Of a stretch of DNA of 64,000 nucleotides, positions 40,151 to 49,909 are shown piece after piece (position 1 is the stretch's first letter; each line of letters opens with the position of its first letter). Where the stretch lies: NCBI GenBank assembly GCA_043823825.1, contig JBDRTU010000026.1, forward strand, positions 43-64,042. Reading direction: 5' to 3'. The notes under the pieces were generated by a model. It did no database searches, was not told the origin of the DNA, and worked only from the letters and a program-made list of their open reading frames with translations. Position numbers and translations under genes: made by a program. This stretch comes from Patescibacteria group bacterium. Lineage in GTDB: Bacteria; Patescibacteriota; Patescibacteriia; Veblenbacterales; UBA10138.

Positions 40151-40699
40151 TTATTCACCAGAAACAAACACGGCCGCGGCCAACACTGTAGTCCACAAAC
40201 CATCCTTATTACCAATGGCTGATTGAGTGGTATTGGTGGTTCTAATAATTTTTCCGCTGGCTTTATAAAATTGTTCTCTCTCATCCCAGGCAGCGTTAGG
40301 GTCAAATTCTAACCCCAAGGTAGTTGCTAACATGCTGGCTGCTAAATCCTCGGCATAGTCTCCTGCTTTCTCCTCGGTTTCACCAAATGATTTATGTTCA
40401 GATAAATAGCCATACTGATTAGCATCGGCAGGTAGTGCTAACCCTACCGAGGCTGCCATTAAACGGTTTGGTTCATTTGATCTGTTTTGGTACATCACAC
40501 AAAATACTATCTGGCCAGGATTAAGCATAGTTAACCCTTGAGTGCGATTTACAATCTTACAGCCTGGTGGATAAATTGACGAAACCCCAACCAAGTTGAA
40601 TTTTTCTATACCGGCGTCTCGAAGCGCCATCTCAAATGAGCCAAGCTCTTCCTTGTGCCGACCCACTCCTTTAGTAAAAAAAACGTACTTTGGTACCAT
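40151..40699 (-). CDS. pdaD: Pyruvoyl-dependent arginine decarboxylase
   Basis: N-terminal [31 protein letters not shown]...VSSIYPP matches the PdaD family, including the self-cleavage Ser-Ser site. Confidence 0.85.
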   Translation of the reverse strand: MVPKYVFFTKGVGRHKEELGSFEMALRDAGIEKFNLVGVSSIYPPGCKIVNRTQGLTMLNPGQIVFCVMYQNRSNEPNRLMAASVGLALPADANQYGYLSEHKSFGETEEKAGDYAEDLAASMLATTLGLEFDPNAAWDEREQFYKASGKIIRTTNTTQSAIGNKDGLWTTVLAAAVFVSGE

Positions 40700-40912
40700 T
40701 TTTGTTTATCGATTAATGATTAATCAGTTTCACTGTTTCCTTCTGTGGAAAAGTTTAACTATTTCTAATTTTAAGTAATATACAGCGAGTTGTAAACGGT
40801 TTTTCCAGCTTGTCAAGTCTTTATTTGACGCCACATTTCTTAAATGGTAAAGTGATAAACTCAAATAAGAACAAATAAATATACTTGTAAACCAAATTAA
40901 CAGGAGTAAAAA

Positions 40913-41929
40913 ATGAACTCTAACAAGACAGACGGTTTTATTCTTTTTTCCGGTAGCGCTAACCGCCCGTTGGCTGAAAAAATGCAACAGTATCTTAATC
41001 GACCTGATGGTCGGTTGGTCAGCCGTCCACTAGGTGATGTGGCGCTTGAACGTTTCCAGGACGGAGAGATCTGGGTGAAATATAACGAAAATCTGCGCGG
41101 TAAGGTTATCGGTATTGTGCAACCAACTGTGGCTCCGGCTGAAAATCTACTGGAGTTACTTATAATGATTGACACTGCCCAACGCGCTTCAGCTGCTAAA
41201 GTTATCGCCATAATTCCCTACTTTGGATATGCACGGCAAGACCGAAAGAACACCAACCGTGAAGCGTTAACTGCTAAGTTAATTGCCAACCTAATCACCA
41301 AGGCGGGAGCTGATCGGGTTATCACGATGGACTTGCATTCAGCGCAAATTCAGGGATTCTTTGATATCCCATTGGATCACATCTACGCTTCAAAAAATCT
41401 GGTTCCCTACTGGACTAACAAGAAAATTCCTAATTTGGCAATACAATCTACTGATTTAGGTGATGCACCAATGGCTCGAGCATGGAGACGACGATTACCT
41501 CAAGACACAGGGTTAATTCTCTTTGATAAGGAAAGAGACCAACATGACAATGTCAGAATTGTTGGTATGTTAACTGAGCCAGAGAGTTTTAAGTTTGATG
41601 GCGCAAATATTCTGGCTGTAGATGACATTATTGACACGTCAAATACTTTTTTAGCAGAAGTAAATAAACTAGACGAACTGCGTGTTAATGATATATACGG
41701 TTCATTTAATCATGCTGTATTCGCTGGTTCAAACTACGAAGCAGTGTATGAAAGAATCACCAACTCATCTGTTAAAGAAATCACAGTAACCGACAGCTTA
41801 GTATTAAAAGGAAAACCGCCTGATAAGATAAAGGTGATTTCAGTCGCAGATCTTTTAGCCGAAGCTACAGAAAGGGCATTTCTAAACTTGTCCATCTCAA
41901 CACTATATCAAGAAAAAATTTCTCGCTGA
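40913..41929 (+). CDS. prs: Ribose-phosphate pyrophosphokinase
   Basis: N-terminal Prs motifs (LFSGSANRPLAEK, RFQDGEIWVKYNENLRGK) and the PRPP-binding loop DDIIDTSNT. Confidence 0.9.
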   Translation: MNSNKTDGFILFSGSANRPLAEKMQQYLNRPDGRLVSRPLGDVALERFQDGEIWVKYNENLRGKVIGIVQPTVAPAENLLELLIMIDTAQRASAAKVIAIIPYFGYARQDRKNTNREALTAKLIANLITKAGADRVITMDLHSAQIQGFFDIPLDHIYASKNLVPYWTNKKIPNLAIQSTDLGDAPMARAWRRRLPQDTGLILFDKERDQHDNVRIVGMLTEPESFKFDGANILAVDDIIDTSNTFLAEVNKLDELRVNDIYGSFNHAVFAGSNYEAVYERITNSSVKEITVTDSLVLKGKPPDKIKVISVADLLAEATERAFLNLSISTLYQEKISR

Positions 41930-41946
41930 ATAAGTGGAAAGCTAAA

Positions 41947-41983
41947 CAAGGGCGGACACGAATTATCCGCCCTTATTTTTAAT
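41947..41983 (+). terminator. Rho-independent terminator
   Basis: Stem aagggcgga ... tccgccctt followed by TTTTTAAT. Confidence 0.65.
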
Positions 41984-42110
41984 AATATAACATACTTGTC
42001 ACATCATTTAGTATGATAGTCCCTACTATCAAACTATATGATAGAGATTCATTTTAAACAACCCATTAATCACCTTATCTCACTCCATCTCACCCCACCA
42101 ACTATTAATA

Positions 42111-43091
42111 TTAAAACCCAATATATTGCACTTCTTCGCGTAACTCGATACCAAACTTATCGCGGACTTGTTGTTTAATATAAGAAATAAGCATTACTAC
42201 TTCTTCAGCGGTGCCACCACCCATATTCACAATGTAATTAGCATGATCGTCTGACACCTGCACCTTGCCCATCTTTTTGCCCTTCAACTCTGCCTGATCA
42301 ATTAGCCAACTAGCCGGCAATTGTCCCTTGGCTAAAAACTCATCTAATTTTGGCCGATCATCAAGCTTTTGCTTAATCTCTTTAGTTTGTTTTCTGCTCG
42401 TAACTTCAACATTAGTAAAAATACATCCTGAAGATGGATAATGATAAGGCTGACCCTTACGCTGCGCCACATATTTTTTAATCAAGGCTCGGCTAGTTTC
42501 TTTGTCGCCAGCTACCAGTTCTAAAGTTACGTCTAAAATTACATCTTTAGTTTGTTTAAAAATAGAATTGCGATAGCTAAACTGACATTGCTGACGATTC
42601 AGTTTAATAATTTTATCACGCGCTAAAGCTGTTACTTCACAAACCCAATCACCAATACAACCTTTGGTAATTTGCGGAAGTCCCGCATTGCCATAAACCG
42701 CTCCTCCCACTGTTGAAGGCACCGCCACCATCGGCTCCATTCCCCAAAGACCAGCTTCCACAGTTTTAGTTACTAAAAAACCAAGATTAACTCCTGCCTC
42801 GGCCCAAACTGTAGTGCCAGTTATTTTCCATTGCATGTTTTTTGCTATCACCACCAAACCCGAAAAACCTTGATCAGAAACTAAAACATTACAGCCATTG
42901 CCTAAAATCTGCAAAGGAAGATTTAGTTCGTGAGCTACCTGAACCGCTTTAGCTAACTCATCACTTGTTTTGGCTTCTAACAAATATTTAGCTGGACCGC
43001 CAATTTTAAAATTAGTATAAGCCGCCATCGGCTCACTAAGCTTAAGACTTGAACCTAGATTTTTTTCCAATTCATTAGAAACCTTTGCCAT
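42111..43091 (-). CDS. murB: UDP-N-acetylenolpyruvoylglucosamine reductase
   Basis: FAD-binding N-terminal motif YTNFKIGGPAKY and the MurB C-terminal domain. Start placed at the internal ATG (MAKVSN...); the track's upstream extension does not look MurB-like. Confidence 0.85.
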   Translation of the reverse strand: MAKVSNELEKNLGSSLKLSEPMAAYTNFKIGGPAKYLLEAKTSDELAKAVQVAHELNLPLQILGNGCNVLVSDQGFSGLVVIAKNMQWKITGTTVWAEAGVNLGFLVTKTVEAGLWGMEPMVAVPSTVGGAVYGNAGLPQITKGCIGDWVCEVTALARDKIIKLNRQQCQFSYRNSIFKQTKDVILDVTLELVAGDKETSRALIKKYVAQRKGQPYHYPSSGCIFTNVEVTSRKQTKEIKQKLDDRPKLDEFLAKGQLPASWLIDQAELKGKKMGKVQVSDDHANYIVNMGGGTAEEVVMLISYIKQQVRDKFGIELREEVQYIGF

Positions 43092-43299
43092 ATAGTTATT
43101 TAAGACTATTTTTAGACTACGGTAAACGTGTAGAACAAGCAAACGCCATAGATTAATGTTTTATGCCTATTTTGGCCAGAAACTGTAACTTTCAGGTATT
43201 TTTCTTAGCTAAAATTAGCCAAAAAATAACTTTTTTTGTTCCATAATGCTTGACAAAATTAACCCCTTAACCTATACTGAAATGTTAAATTGAATAATT

Positions 43300-43870
43300 T
43301 AAAAATTAAAAAGAGCCCCCGCGGTGCTTGCGGGTAAAGTAAACATAAGGTGTTTACCCAGGTATCAGATTTTTCCTGACAAGCACAACCGATTGCAGTC
43401 GAATCCCGCAAGAGATACAAATAAGGTAGTCACTCTGGATTAGGAGTGGCTGACTATCGCAGTAGAATAAGCGGTAAAACAAGTATCAACGGGACAAGTA
43501 AGCAGAAACGGATGTTATGGACGGATGACTGATATCTAGGTAAACACCTTTTTAAATAAAAATGTGTCATTAACTCTCCTACATCCCGATTAAAATCGGG
43601 ACTACGGAAGGCGCGACGAGCTACTAAGCAAATTATCTAGTAATCAGATACAACTTAATCTAAATAAAAACTGTAAAGTTGACAAAATTTCTTTCCCACC
43701 AACATGGAGGAGAGAGTTAGTCCGCCGACTAGGCGGATAAAGATGGTGGACTTGGTAAGTTTGGTGCGAACTAAACTAACCATGGGAAACCATTTCACCC
43801 TGGATACGTCTCCCTTCGGGAGATATAAATCCAAGGTACTTCCTCCAGATTAGTGTGAAAGAATAAATAT
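43300..43870. other. Long GC-enriched intergenic segment with multiple stable hairpins, a candidate unannotated structured RNA
   Basis: About 570 nt with no convincing ORF and GC content well above the background. Contains a UUCG-tetraloop hairpin (tctccc-ttcg-gggaga), tccgcc-gacta-ggcgga, cccgat-taaaa-atcggg, and long-range complementarity cttgcggg ... cccgcaag. Confidence 0.3.
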
Positions 43871-43883
43871 AAGGAGTAAAAAG

Positions 43884-44339
43884 ATGAAAGGTTTAGTTGT
43901 TATATTGCTAGCACTAGTGGGGCTAAGCTGCTCCACATTTGATATGTTACCGAAAATCTTGGTGACATACACAATGGATAATCGCGACACTGCTTATGCA
44001 GATTTCGCAATTGAGTCTGTTGAAGCAACACGCACCTACACGGTTTATCCTGGATACCCTGTCCAGGATCAACAGGAGTTAGTTAGTAATGTCAGTAATT
44101 ATAATTACCGTCACAGCGACCGCGTTCAGCTAAATATACGTGTTCGCACGCATGATTTGCGTACTTTTTCTACGCAAGCATGGTTCTATCATCTAAAAGT
44201 AAATGACATTGTTTTCGATGGTAGGAGAATTATTGTGAGGGCGCCTCGCTGGTACAAAGAAGTGGCCCAATACGATACGCTCGCCATATCTTATGGCGAC
44301 TTAATAAAAACTCCCCCTAACAACAAGGGGGATTACTGA
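43884..44339 (+). CDS. Hypothetical lipoprotein
   Basis: Lipoprotein signal LALVGLSC. The gene is compositionally GC-richer than its neighbours. Confidence 0.5.
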   Translation: MKGLVVILLALVGLSCSTFDMLPKILVTYTMDNRDTAYADFAIESVEATRTYTVYPGYPVQDQQELVSNVSNYNYRHSDRVQLNIRVRTHDLRTFSTQAWFYHLKVNDIVFDGRRIIVRAPRWYKEVAQYDTLAISYGDLIKTPPNNKGDY

Positions 44340-44567
44340 CTTTCAAAAAATAAGGAGTAATTATGCCCTTCTATTGAATACACACAGTGTAGGAGGTCAC
44401 CTGCAAGCCCTCCTAAAGCAAGCGGGTAGCGCCTTGGCAACCGGCGTTATAATAAAATTTGGGCTGGGAGAGACTATCAACACTCTCCCTAATTTTTTTA
44501 AGCTCGCAATCAGTTTGTGATTTTAAAAAAGTTTAACAATCTCTCCAAAATAAATAGGAAAAATAAA

Positions 44568-44708
44568 ATGTTATTAAATATAATTGACCAAAGCCGTTTG
44601 AGTATGGGAAAACAAATTCTTATACTGCTGATTATTGCACTACTGGCATTAGTAATTGTGTGGTTGACTGGTGCGGACTATATAATACCAGATTCTCCAC
44701 GACCGTAA
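44568..44708 (+). CDS. Hypothetical small single-TM protein
   Basis: 47 aa from the internal ATG, which has an AGGAAA RBS-like sequence upstream. One TM helix and a terminator immediately 3'. Confidence 0.35.
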   Translation: MLLNIIDQSRLSMGKQILILLIIALLALVIVWLTGADYIIPDSPRP

Positions 44709-44712
44709 AAAG

Positions 44713-44751
44713 CAGCCGATCACGAGCAATCATTGATCGGCTTTTTCTTTT
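44713..44751 (+). terminator. Rho-independent terminator
   Basis: Stem agccgatca ... tgatcggct followed by TTTTTCTTTTT. Confidence 0.65.
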
Positions 44752-44828
44752 TAAATAACGCACTTTGCGCACTACTTTCTCCAATCCCACAGAATATTCT
44801 GGACACAGTATTCCACTAGAAATCAAGA

Positions 44829-44864
44829 TTAGGGATTATTGTCCGATCGGACAAAAATCCCTAA
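44829..44864. repeat. 36-nt near-perfect palindrome (nested 9-bp and 8-bp arms)
   Basis: ttagggatt-a-ttgtccga|tcggacaa-aa-aatccctaa, located downstream of murC between two other terminators. Confidence 0.6.
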
Positions 44865-44936
44865 TATTATTTTATCTTATACCGCTACTGCGACTGTTAT
44901 CTAACACTGCGGCCTTAGTCTAGAAATGAAATAAGA

Positions 44937-46340
44937 TTAATTATTATCCTGCACTAAACCTAATCTGTTAATCAACTCCTCTCCTACTTTCCAAACATCG
45001 CCAGCGCCCATAGTGATCACTAAGTCGCTGCGGCCTAAGTTTGACGATAGATAATCAGTTGCTTCTTTAATGGTTGGTTTATGGATTACATTTGAGTGGT
45101 GCTTTTTAATCTCCTCCACTAATTTGATAGAGTTTATTTCACCTTTGGTTTCTCGTGCTGAACTGTAAATATCTAGCACTACGACCTCGTCCGCTTCAGT
45201 AAAGCTGATGCCAAAATCGTCTAATAATGCTTTAGTGCGTGAAAAAGTATGGGGATGAAACACTACTCTGATATTTTTATAAGGGTAAAAATTACGAGCT
45301 GCTTTTAAAGTAGCGATAATCTCAGCTGGATGGTGCGCATAATCATCAATGATCAAGGCATTATTAGTTAAACGACCTTTTAATTCAAACCTGCGAGCAG
45401 TTCCCTCAAAATCAGCTAATGCCTTGCGAACTACTTCTAACTCTACTCCCAAGCAGCGACTAGTAGCTAACACTGCCAAGGCATTAGCCACATTATGGCT
45501 ACCTACCAACTTTAACCAAAAATCACCTAAAAATTCTCCTCCCGCGCTAGCGGAAAAATGCCAACGCCCCTCATCCAACCACATTCGTTCTAAACGCCAA
45601 TAACCTTGGGTTAGGCCATAGCTAATAATCTGTTCAGACGACAACCCGGCGGCGATTATTGCTTTACGTACTTGTTCACTGTCATAATTTGCCACAACAA
45701 GACCATCAGCCGGTATTTTTTTAAGAAACTCCACAAAGGTTTGGTAATAACTCTCAGCTGTCGCAAAAAAATCAGGATGATCCCAATCAATGCTTGTTAA
45801 AACAACTGCCCAAGGATTAAAGTAAGAAAATTTATTTTGATATTCATCTGCTTCAAAAACCAACAATTCGCCTGCTCCCACTAAAGCATTACCATTAAAC
45901 TGGGGCACGGCTGACCCTACAACAGCGCTCGGTGACAAACCAGCAGTTTGTAACACATAAGCCAGCATAGCGGTAATAGTGGTTTTGCCATGGCTACCAG
46001 CTATGGCAATGGCTTTAAACTCTTTAATTAATTCGCCTAATGCTTCGGCATAGGTTATTAAGGTTATACCCTTTTCTTTTGCTGATTTAATTTCAGGATT
46101 ATCTAAACTATAGGCTGTTGAATAAATTACCAAATCAATATCGTTCCTTAGTTGACTGGCTTTAAAACCTTCATAATATTCCAGACCGGCCTGCTTTAAA
46201 ACTTGATCAGTAAAAAACTTTTCTGAAGTATCAGAGCCGGAAATCTGCTTGCCTTGCTGTTTTAAAATCTGGGCCAAAGCAGTCATCCCCACTCCTTTGA
46301 TACCAATAAAATATACTTTCTTAGCTTGTGCTAAATTCAT
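44937..46340 (-). CDS. murC: UDP-N-acetylmuramate--L-alanine ligase
   Basis: N-terminal motif FIGIKGVGMTALAQIL and the Mur ligase central P-loop GSHGKTT. Confidence 0.95.
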   Translation of the reverse strand: MNLAQAKKVYFIGIKGVGMTALAQILKQQGKQISGSDTSEKFFTDQVLKQAGLEYYEGFKASQLRNDIDLVIYSTAYSLDNPEIKSAKEKGITLITYAEALGELIKEFKAIAIAGSHGKTTITAMLAYVLQTAGLSPSAVVGSAVPQFNGNALVGAGELLVFEADEYQNKFSYFNPWAVVLTSIDWDHPDFFATAESYYQTFVEFLKKIPADGLVVANYDSEQVRKAIIAAGLSSEQIISYGLTQGYWRLERMWLDEGRWHFSASAGGEFLGDFWLKLVGSHNVANALAVLATSRCLGVELEVVRKALADFEGTARRFELKGRLTNNALIIDDYAHHPAEIIATLKAARNFYPYKNIRVVFHPHTFSRTKALLDDFGISFTEADEVVVLDIYSSARETKGEINSIKLVEEIKKHHSNVIHKPTIKEATDYLSSNLGRSDLVITMGAGDVWKVGEELINRLGLVQDNN

Positions 46341-47407
46341 ACTTTTTTTATCTCTTGAATAATAATATTAGCTAAAGCTTTGCTCGCTCCACTAGGAAAC
46401 AATTTATGCAAGTTGTCTGCCAACTTTAATTGCCGCTCTTGATCTTCTAGTAAATCTTTTAATTGGTTAACTAAGTAATCGGGATTTAGGTCAGACTGAG
46501 CCATTACTAAAGCGGCTTGGTGTTTAGACAAATAAGCAGCATTTTGCTCTTGGTGGCTCTTGGGAATGGGCACAATCACTGAAGGTTTTGATAAATAAGC
46601 CAGTTCTGAAATAAACCCCATACCAGCACGTGAAACAATTAAATCAACCGCTTGCATTAAAGCGGGCAATTCAGTGGTTACTAAATCCTTAACTACCAAA
46701 CCAGCACTTGGTTCAACCTTAACGTTCTTATTTTTACCAGTAATTAAAATTATTTGGCAAAAGGCTAACAGTGACGGCCAAGATTCTGCTACTAATTTAT
46801 TAATAAAGTCCGCGCCAGTGCCCCCACCCACCACTAAAATAGTGGCACGTTTTGGGTTTAACCCTAAGTCACTCAAAACTTGGTCTTGCTTAAATTGTTG
46901 TTGATATATTGAGCGGATTGGATTACCAATAAAACTAACTTTATTTTTAGGAAAATCTTTCACTGACTCCTCTGACGCAACAGTAATTTTATTAGCACAC
47001 CAACTTAACAAACGATTTGATAAACTATGCTCAATATCTTGTTGATGAATTACCAAGGGGATGCGCCATAACCAAGCTGCCCAACCAACTGGAACACTAA
47101 CAAAACCACCGGCTGCTACCACCCCCTGAACTTTTAACCGTTTTAACCAATATAACGACAAAATAAAACCAGCTAAGATACGAAAAAGATCAATTATGTT
47201 TTGCCAACTAAAATAACGCCGCCATTTACCAGAGGGAATTGCTTTAAACTGAATTCCTGCTTGCTCTACTAACAAACGCTCAGGGCCCTCGGTAGTGCCT
47301 AACCAAACAAATTTAAAACTGCGGTATTGATGAGTTAATTCATCAACTACAGCTAAAAGTGGCGTAACTGAACCTAAGGTCCCTCCACCGGTTAGTAAAA
47401 TATTCAT
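46337..47407 (-). CDS. murG: Undecaprenyldiphospho-muramoylpentapeptide beta-N-acetylglucosaminyltransferase
   Basis: N-terminal motif ILLTGGGTLGSVTPLLAV and GT28 C-terminal domain. 4-nt overlaps with both neighbours. Confidence 0.9.
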   Translation of the reverse strand: MNILLTGGGTLGSVTPLLAVVDELTHQYRSFKFVWLGTTEGPERLLVEQAGIQFKAIPSGKWRRYFSWQNIIDLFRILAGFILSLYWLKRLKVQGVVAAGGFVSVPVGWAAWLWRIPLVIHQQDIEHSLSNRLLSWCANKITVASEESVKDFPKNKVSFIGNPIRSIYQQQFKQDQVLSDLGLNPKRATILVVGGGTGADFINKLVAESWPSLLAFCQIILITGKNKNVKVEPSAGLVVKDLVTTELPALMQAVDLIVSRAGMGFISELAYLSKPSVIVPIPKSHQEQNAAYLSKHQAALVMAQSDLNPDYLVNQLKDLLEDQERQLKLADNLHKLFPSGASKALANIIIQEIKKV

Positions 47408-48528
47408 CGCCTTGTCTCCACTGCTCGAGCTTGTCTCGAGATATTAACCATTATTCCTAAGCCTCCCAAGGCCATTGCTAAAGCGGTTCCGCCATGTGAA
47501 ATAAAAGGTAATGGTATGCCAGTTAATGGTAATAAATTCAGCATCGCCGCTATATTAACAAAAAATTGCAATCCTAGCCAGACCATGATACTTAAACCAA
47601 GTAATCTACCCAAAGTATCTGGAGCTCGGACAGCAATTTTAATACCGCGCCAAATCAAAGCAGCAAACAGAACAATCAAGATACTGGTAAGTAAAAAACC
47701 AAGTTCTTCGGCAATAACAGCAAAAATAGAATCGCCAGTGACCTCGGGCAAGTATTGATATTTTTGACGAGAGTGCCCTAAACCTAACCCCCAAAAACCA
47801 CCAGAACCAACTGCTAATAACGCTTGATTAATGTGGTAACCAATGCCCTGAGAATCATATTCTGGATTTAAAAAAACTGTTAATCTGTTCAAACGATAAG
47901 GCGCAATTTTAACTAACAAATACATTAATCCGCTACCTGCCAAAATAAATCCAATAATCGTACTCCAACGAGCGCCTGCTAAAAAGTAGATAATAACAGC
48001 GCTAACAGCAATTACTATCATGGTTCCCATATCAGGTTGTAACATCAGAAGCACCATAACAATAGATAGCAAAATAATAAAAGGCATAATGCCGCCCTTC
48101 CAAGTTCTAATCTCATCAAAACCTTTTTGCTCAAACCAATAAACTAAATATATTAGAAAAGTTAGTTTGGTAATTTCTGACGGTTGGAAGCTAAAAAGCT
48201 TTAAATCTAACCAGCGGCTAGCTCCCCCATAGCCAACACCTAATTGAGGAATTAATACGGCCACCAATGCCAACAAAGTAACTAGTAAAGCTGGTACTGA
48301 CCATTTAACTAAACGATGATAATCAAATCTACTTAAAACAAAAAAAATCATCAACCCTGGCAGCAAACCGTAAATTAATTGCCGATGCACATAATAATAG
48401 CTGGAGCCGAATTTTTGAAAAGAAACCACCGAAGAAGCTGACGAAAGCAATAATATTCCCAAACCAACAATCAAAATAGCCAAACCAATAAACAGATAGT
48501 CAATTTTTTGTTGCCCGGAACGAAGCAT
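47404..48528 (-). CDS. ftsW: SEDS-family peptidoglycan glycosyltransferase FtsW/RodA
   Basis: Ten-TM SEDS protein positioned between murD and murG, as in dcw clusters. Confidence 0.85.
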   Translation of the reverse strand: MLRSGQQKIDYLFIGLAILIVGLGILLLSSASSVVSFQKFGSSYYYVHRQLIYGLLPGLMIFFVLSRFDYHRLVKWSVPALLVTLLALVAVLIPQLGVGYGGASRWLDLKLFSFQPSEITKLTFLIYLVYWFEQKGFDEIRTWKGGIMPFIILLSIVMVLLMLQPDMGTMIVIAVSAVIIYFLAGARWSTIIGFILAGSGLMYLLVKIAPYRLNRLTVFLNPEYDSQGIGYHINQALLAVGSGGFWGLGLGHSRQKYQYLPEVTGDSIFAVIAEELGFLLTSILIVLFAALIWRGIKIAVRAPDTLGRLLGLSIMVWLGLQFFVNIAAMLNLLPLTGIPLPFISHGGTALAMALGGLGIMVNISRQARAVETRR

Positions 48529-48533
48529 AAAAT

Positions 48534-49904
48534 TTATTTTAGGGCACGAACCACCTTAACAAATTGTTCACCGCGATCCCATTCATTAATGAAAAGTCCA
48601 AAGCTTGAAGCGGCTGGTGACAGTAAGACTATACCATCCTGTAGTGTTAATTGATCAGCCTTTTTGACCGCTTGTAACATCGAGCAAACTTGCCAAACTT
48701 GATAACTAGTGGGCAAACTGGCTAATAATTTATCTGTGGCAGTACCAGGTAATAAAATCAGGTGTTGAACTCGCTGTTTTATTAACTGTGCTAACTTTCT
48801 GTAGGATAATTTTTTATCATTGCCACCAGCAATCAAAGTCACAACTTTACCGCGGAACGCTTCAAGAGCTGCTACACAAGCATCGGGTATAGTGGCAGTA
48901 GTGTCATTAAAATACTTTACACCTTTCACAGTTTTAACTAATTGCAAGCGAGAATGCAAACCAGTAAAACTTTTAATTGCCTGCCTAATTTTTGATGCTG
49001 CCAAACCGACAGCATAGGCTACCGTGGCAGCTGCTAGGGCGTTGACTAAATTATGCTGGCCCTGTAACTGAATATCTTTTATTTTAAATAATTCCACCAC
49101 TCTCTTTCCCTGACGAAACCAAGCGCTGCCCTGTTTCAAATAACCACCAATCTTAACTGGGTGCTTGGTACTAAACCAAATTAATTTACTGACTGTTTGT
49201 GGCCCAAGCTTGCGTGTTAATTTATTATCATAATTCAGTACTACAATATCCCGCGGTTTTTGCCAATAGAAAATATTAGCCTTAGCTTTGGTATATTGAA
49301 TTAGCGACTGATAACGATCAAGATGGTCAGATAAAATATTAGTTACCAGCGCCACTTGGGGACTCAAACACCAACGGGCCAAACCCTCTAGTTGCCAGGA
49401 AGAAAGCTCTAAAATTACTTTAGTGCTAGGTTTTATTTTTGGCAACACTTCCATCATAACCTGATCGCGAATATTGCCTGCTACTACTGTTTGAGGATTT
49501 ACTAATTTAAACATTACTCCTAACCAAGAGGCAATAGTAGATTTCCCCTTACTACCTGTTACGCCAATAATTGGAGCGGGAGATAGCTTAAAAAAGAGAC
49601 TTGCTTCGTTCTCGATCGGTATTTTCTTTTTCAACGCCAATTTTATAAGAGGAGAATTATTTGGAACGGCTGGATTTTGCACCAACAAATCCTGCCCTTT
49701 AAGTAACGAGGGTGGATTTTTTCCTAAGACATAACTAACCCTATAACCTCGAAGCTTACGAAGACTAATTCTTAATTGTTGGCTGGTTTTTAGATCAGTA
49801 ACAGTAACTTTGGCACCTGCACGAACTAACCACTTAACTGTAGCTACTCCACCGCCTTGCAGGCCTAAACCAACCATTAAAACCTTTTTGCCCTTAAATT
49901 TCAT
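48534..49904 (-). CDS. murD: UDP-N-acetylmuramoylalanine--D-glutamate ligase
   Basis: N-terminal Rossmann motif VLMVGLGLQGGGVATVKWL and Mur ligase P-loop GSKGKST. Confidence 0.9.
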   Translation of the reverse strand: MKFKGKKVLMVGLGLQGGGVATVKWLVRAGAKVTVTDLKTSQQLRISLRKLRGYRVSYVLGKNPPSLLKGQDLLVQNPAVPNNSPLIKLALKKKIPIENEASLFFKLSPAPIIGVTGSKGKSTIASWLGVMFKLVNPQTVVAGNIRDQVMMEVLPKIKPSTKVILELSSWQLEGLARWCLSPQVALVTNILSDHLDRYQSLIQYTKAKANIFYWQKPRDIVVLNYDNKLTRKLGPQTVSKLIWFSTKHPVKIGGYLKQGSAWFRQGKRVVELFKIKDIQLQGQHNLVNALAAATVAYAVGLAASKIRQAIKSFTGLHSRLQLVKTVKGVKYFNDTTATIPDACVAALEAFRGKVVTLIAGGNDKKLSYRKLAQLIKQRVQHLILLPGTATDKLLASLPTSYQVWQVCSMLQAVKKADQLTLQDGIVLLSPAASSFGLFINEWDRGEQFVKVVRALK

Positions 49905-49909
49905 ATTAT

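Noticed and set aside
40730-41211. Two minus-strand ORFs (85 and 104 aa) overlapping the prs start and promoter region
   Set aside because: They are antisense to the prs 5' end and promoter. They have low-complexity composition and no family.
43300-43870. Possibility that the long structured spacer is tmRNA (ssrA) or SRP RNA
   Set aside because: I could not find a tRNA-like acceptor/T-arm with a 3' CCA context, a plausible tag-peptide reading frame ending in AA-stop, or the SRP domain IV GGAA/AGCAGC motif on either strand. Only a partial GGATTCGAC-like stretch occurs on the minus strand. Left as an unclassified candidate RNA.
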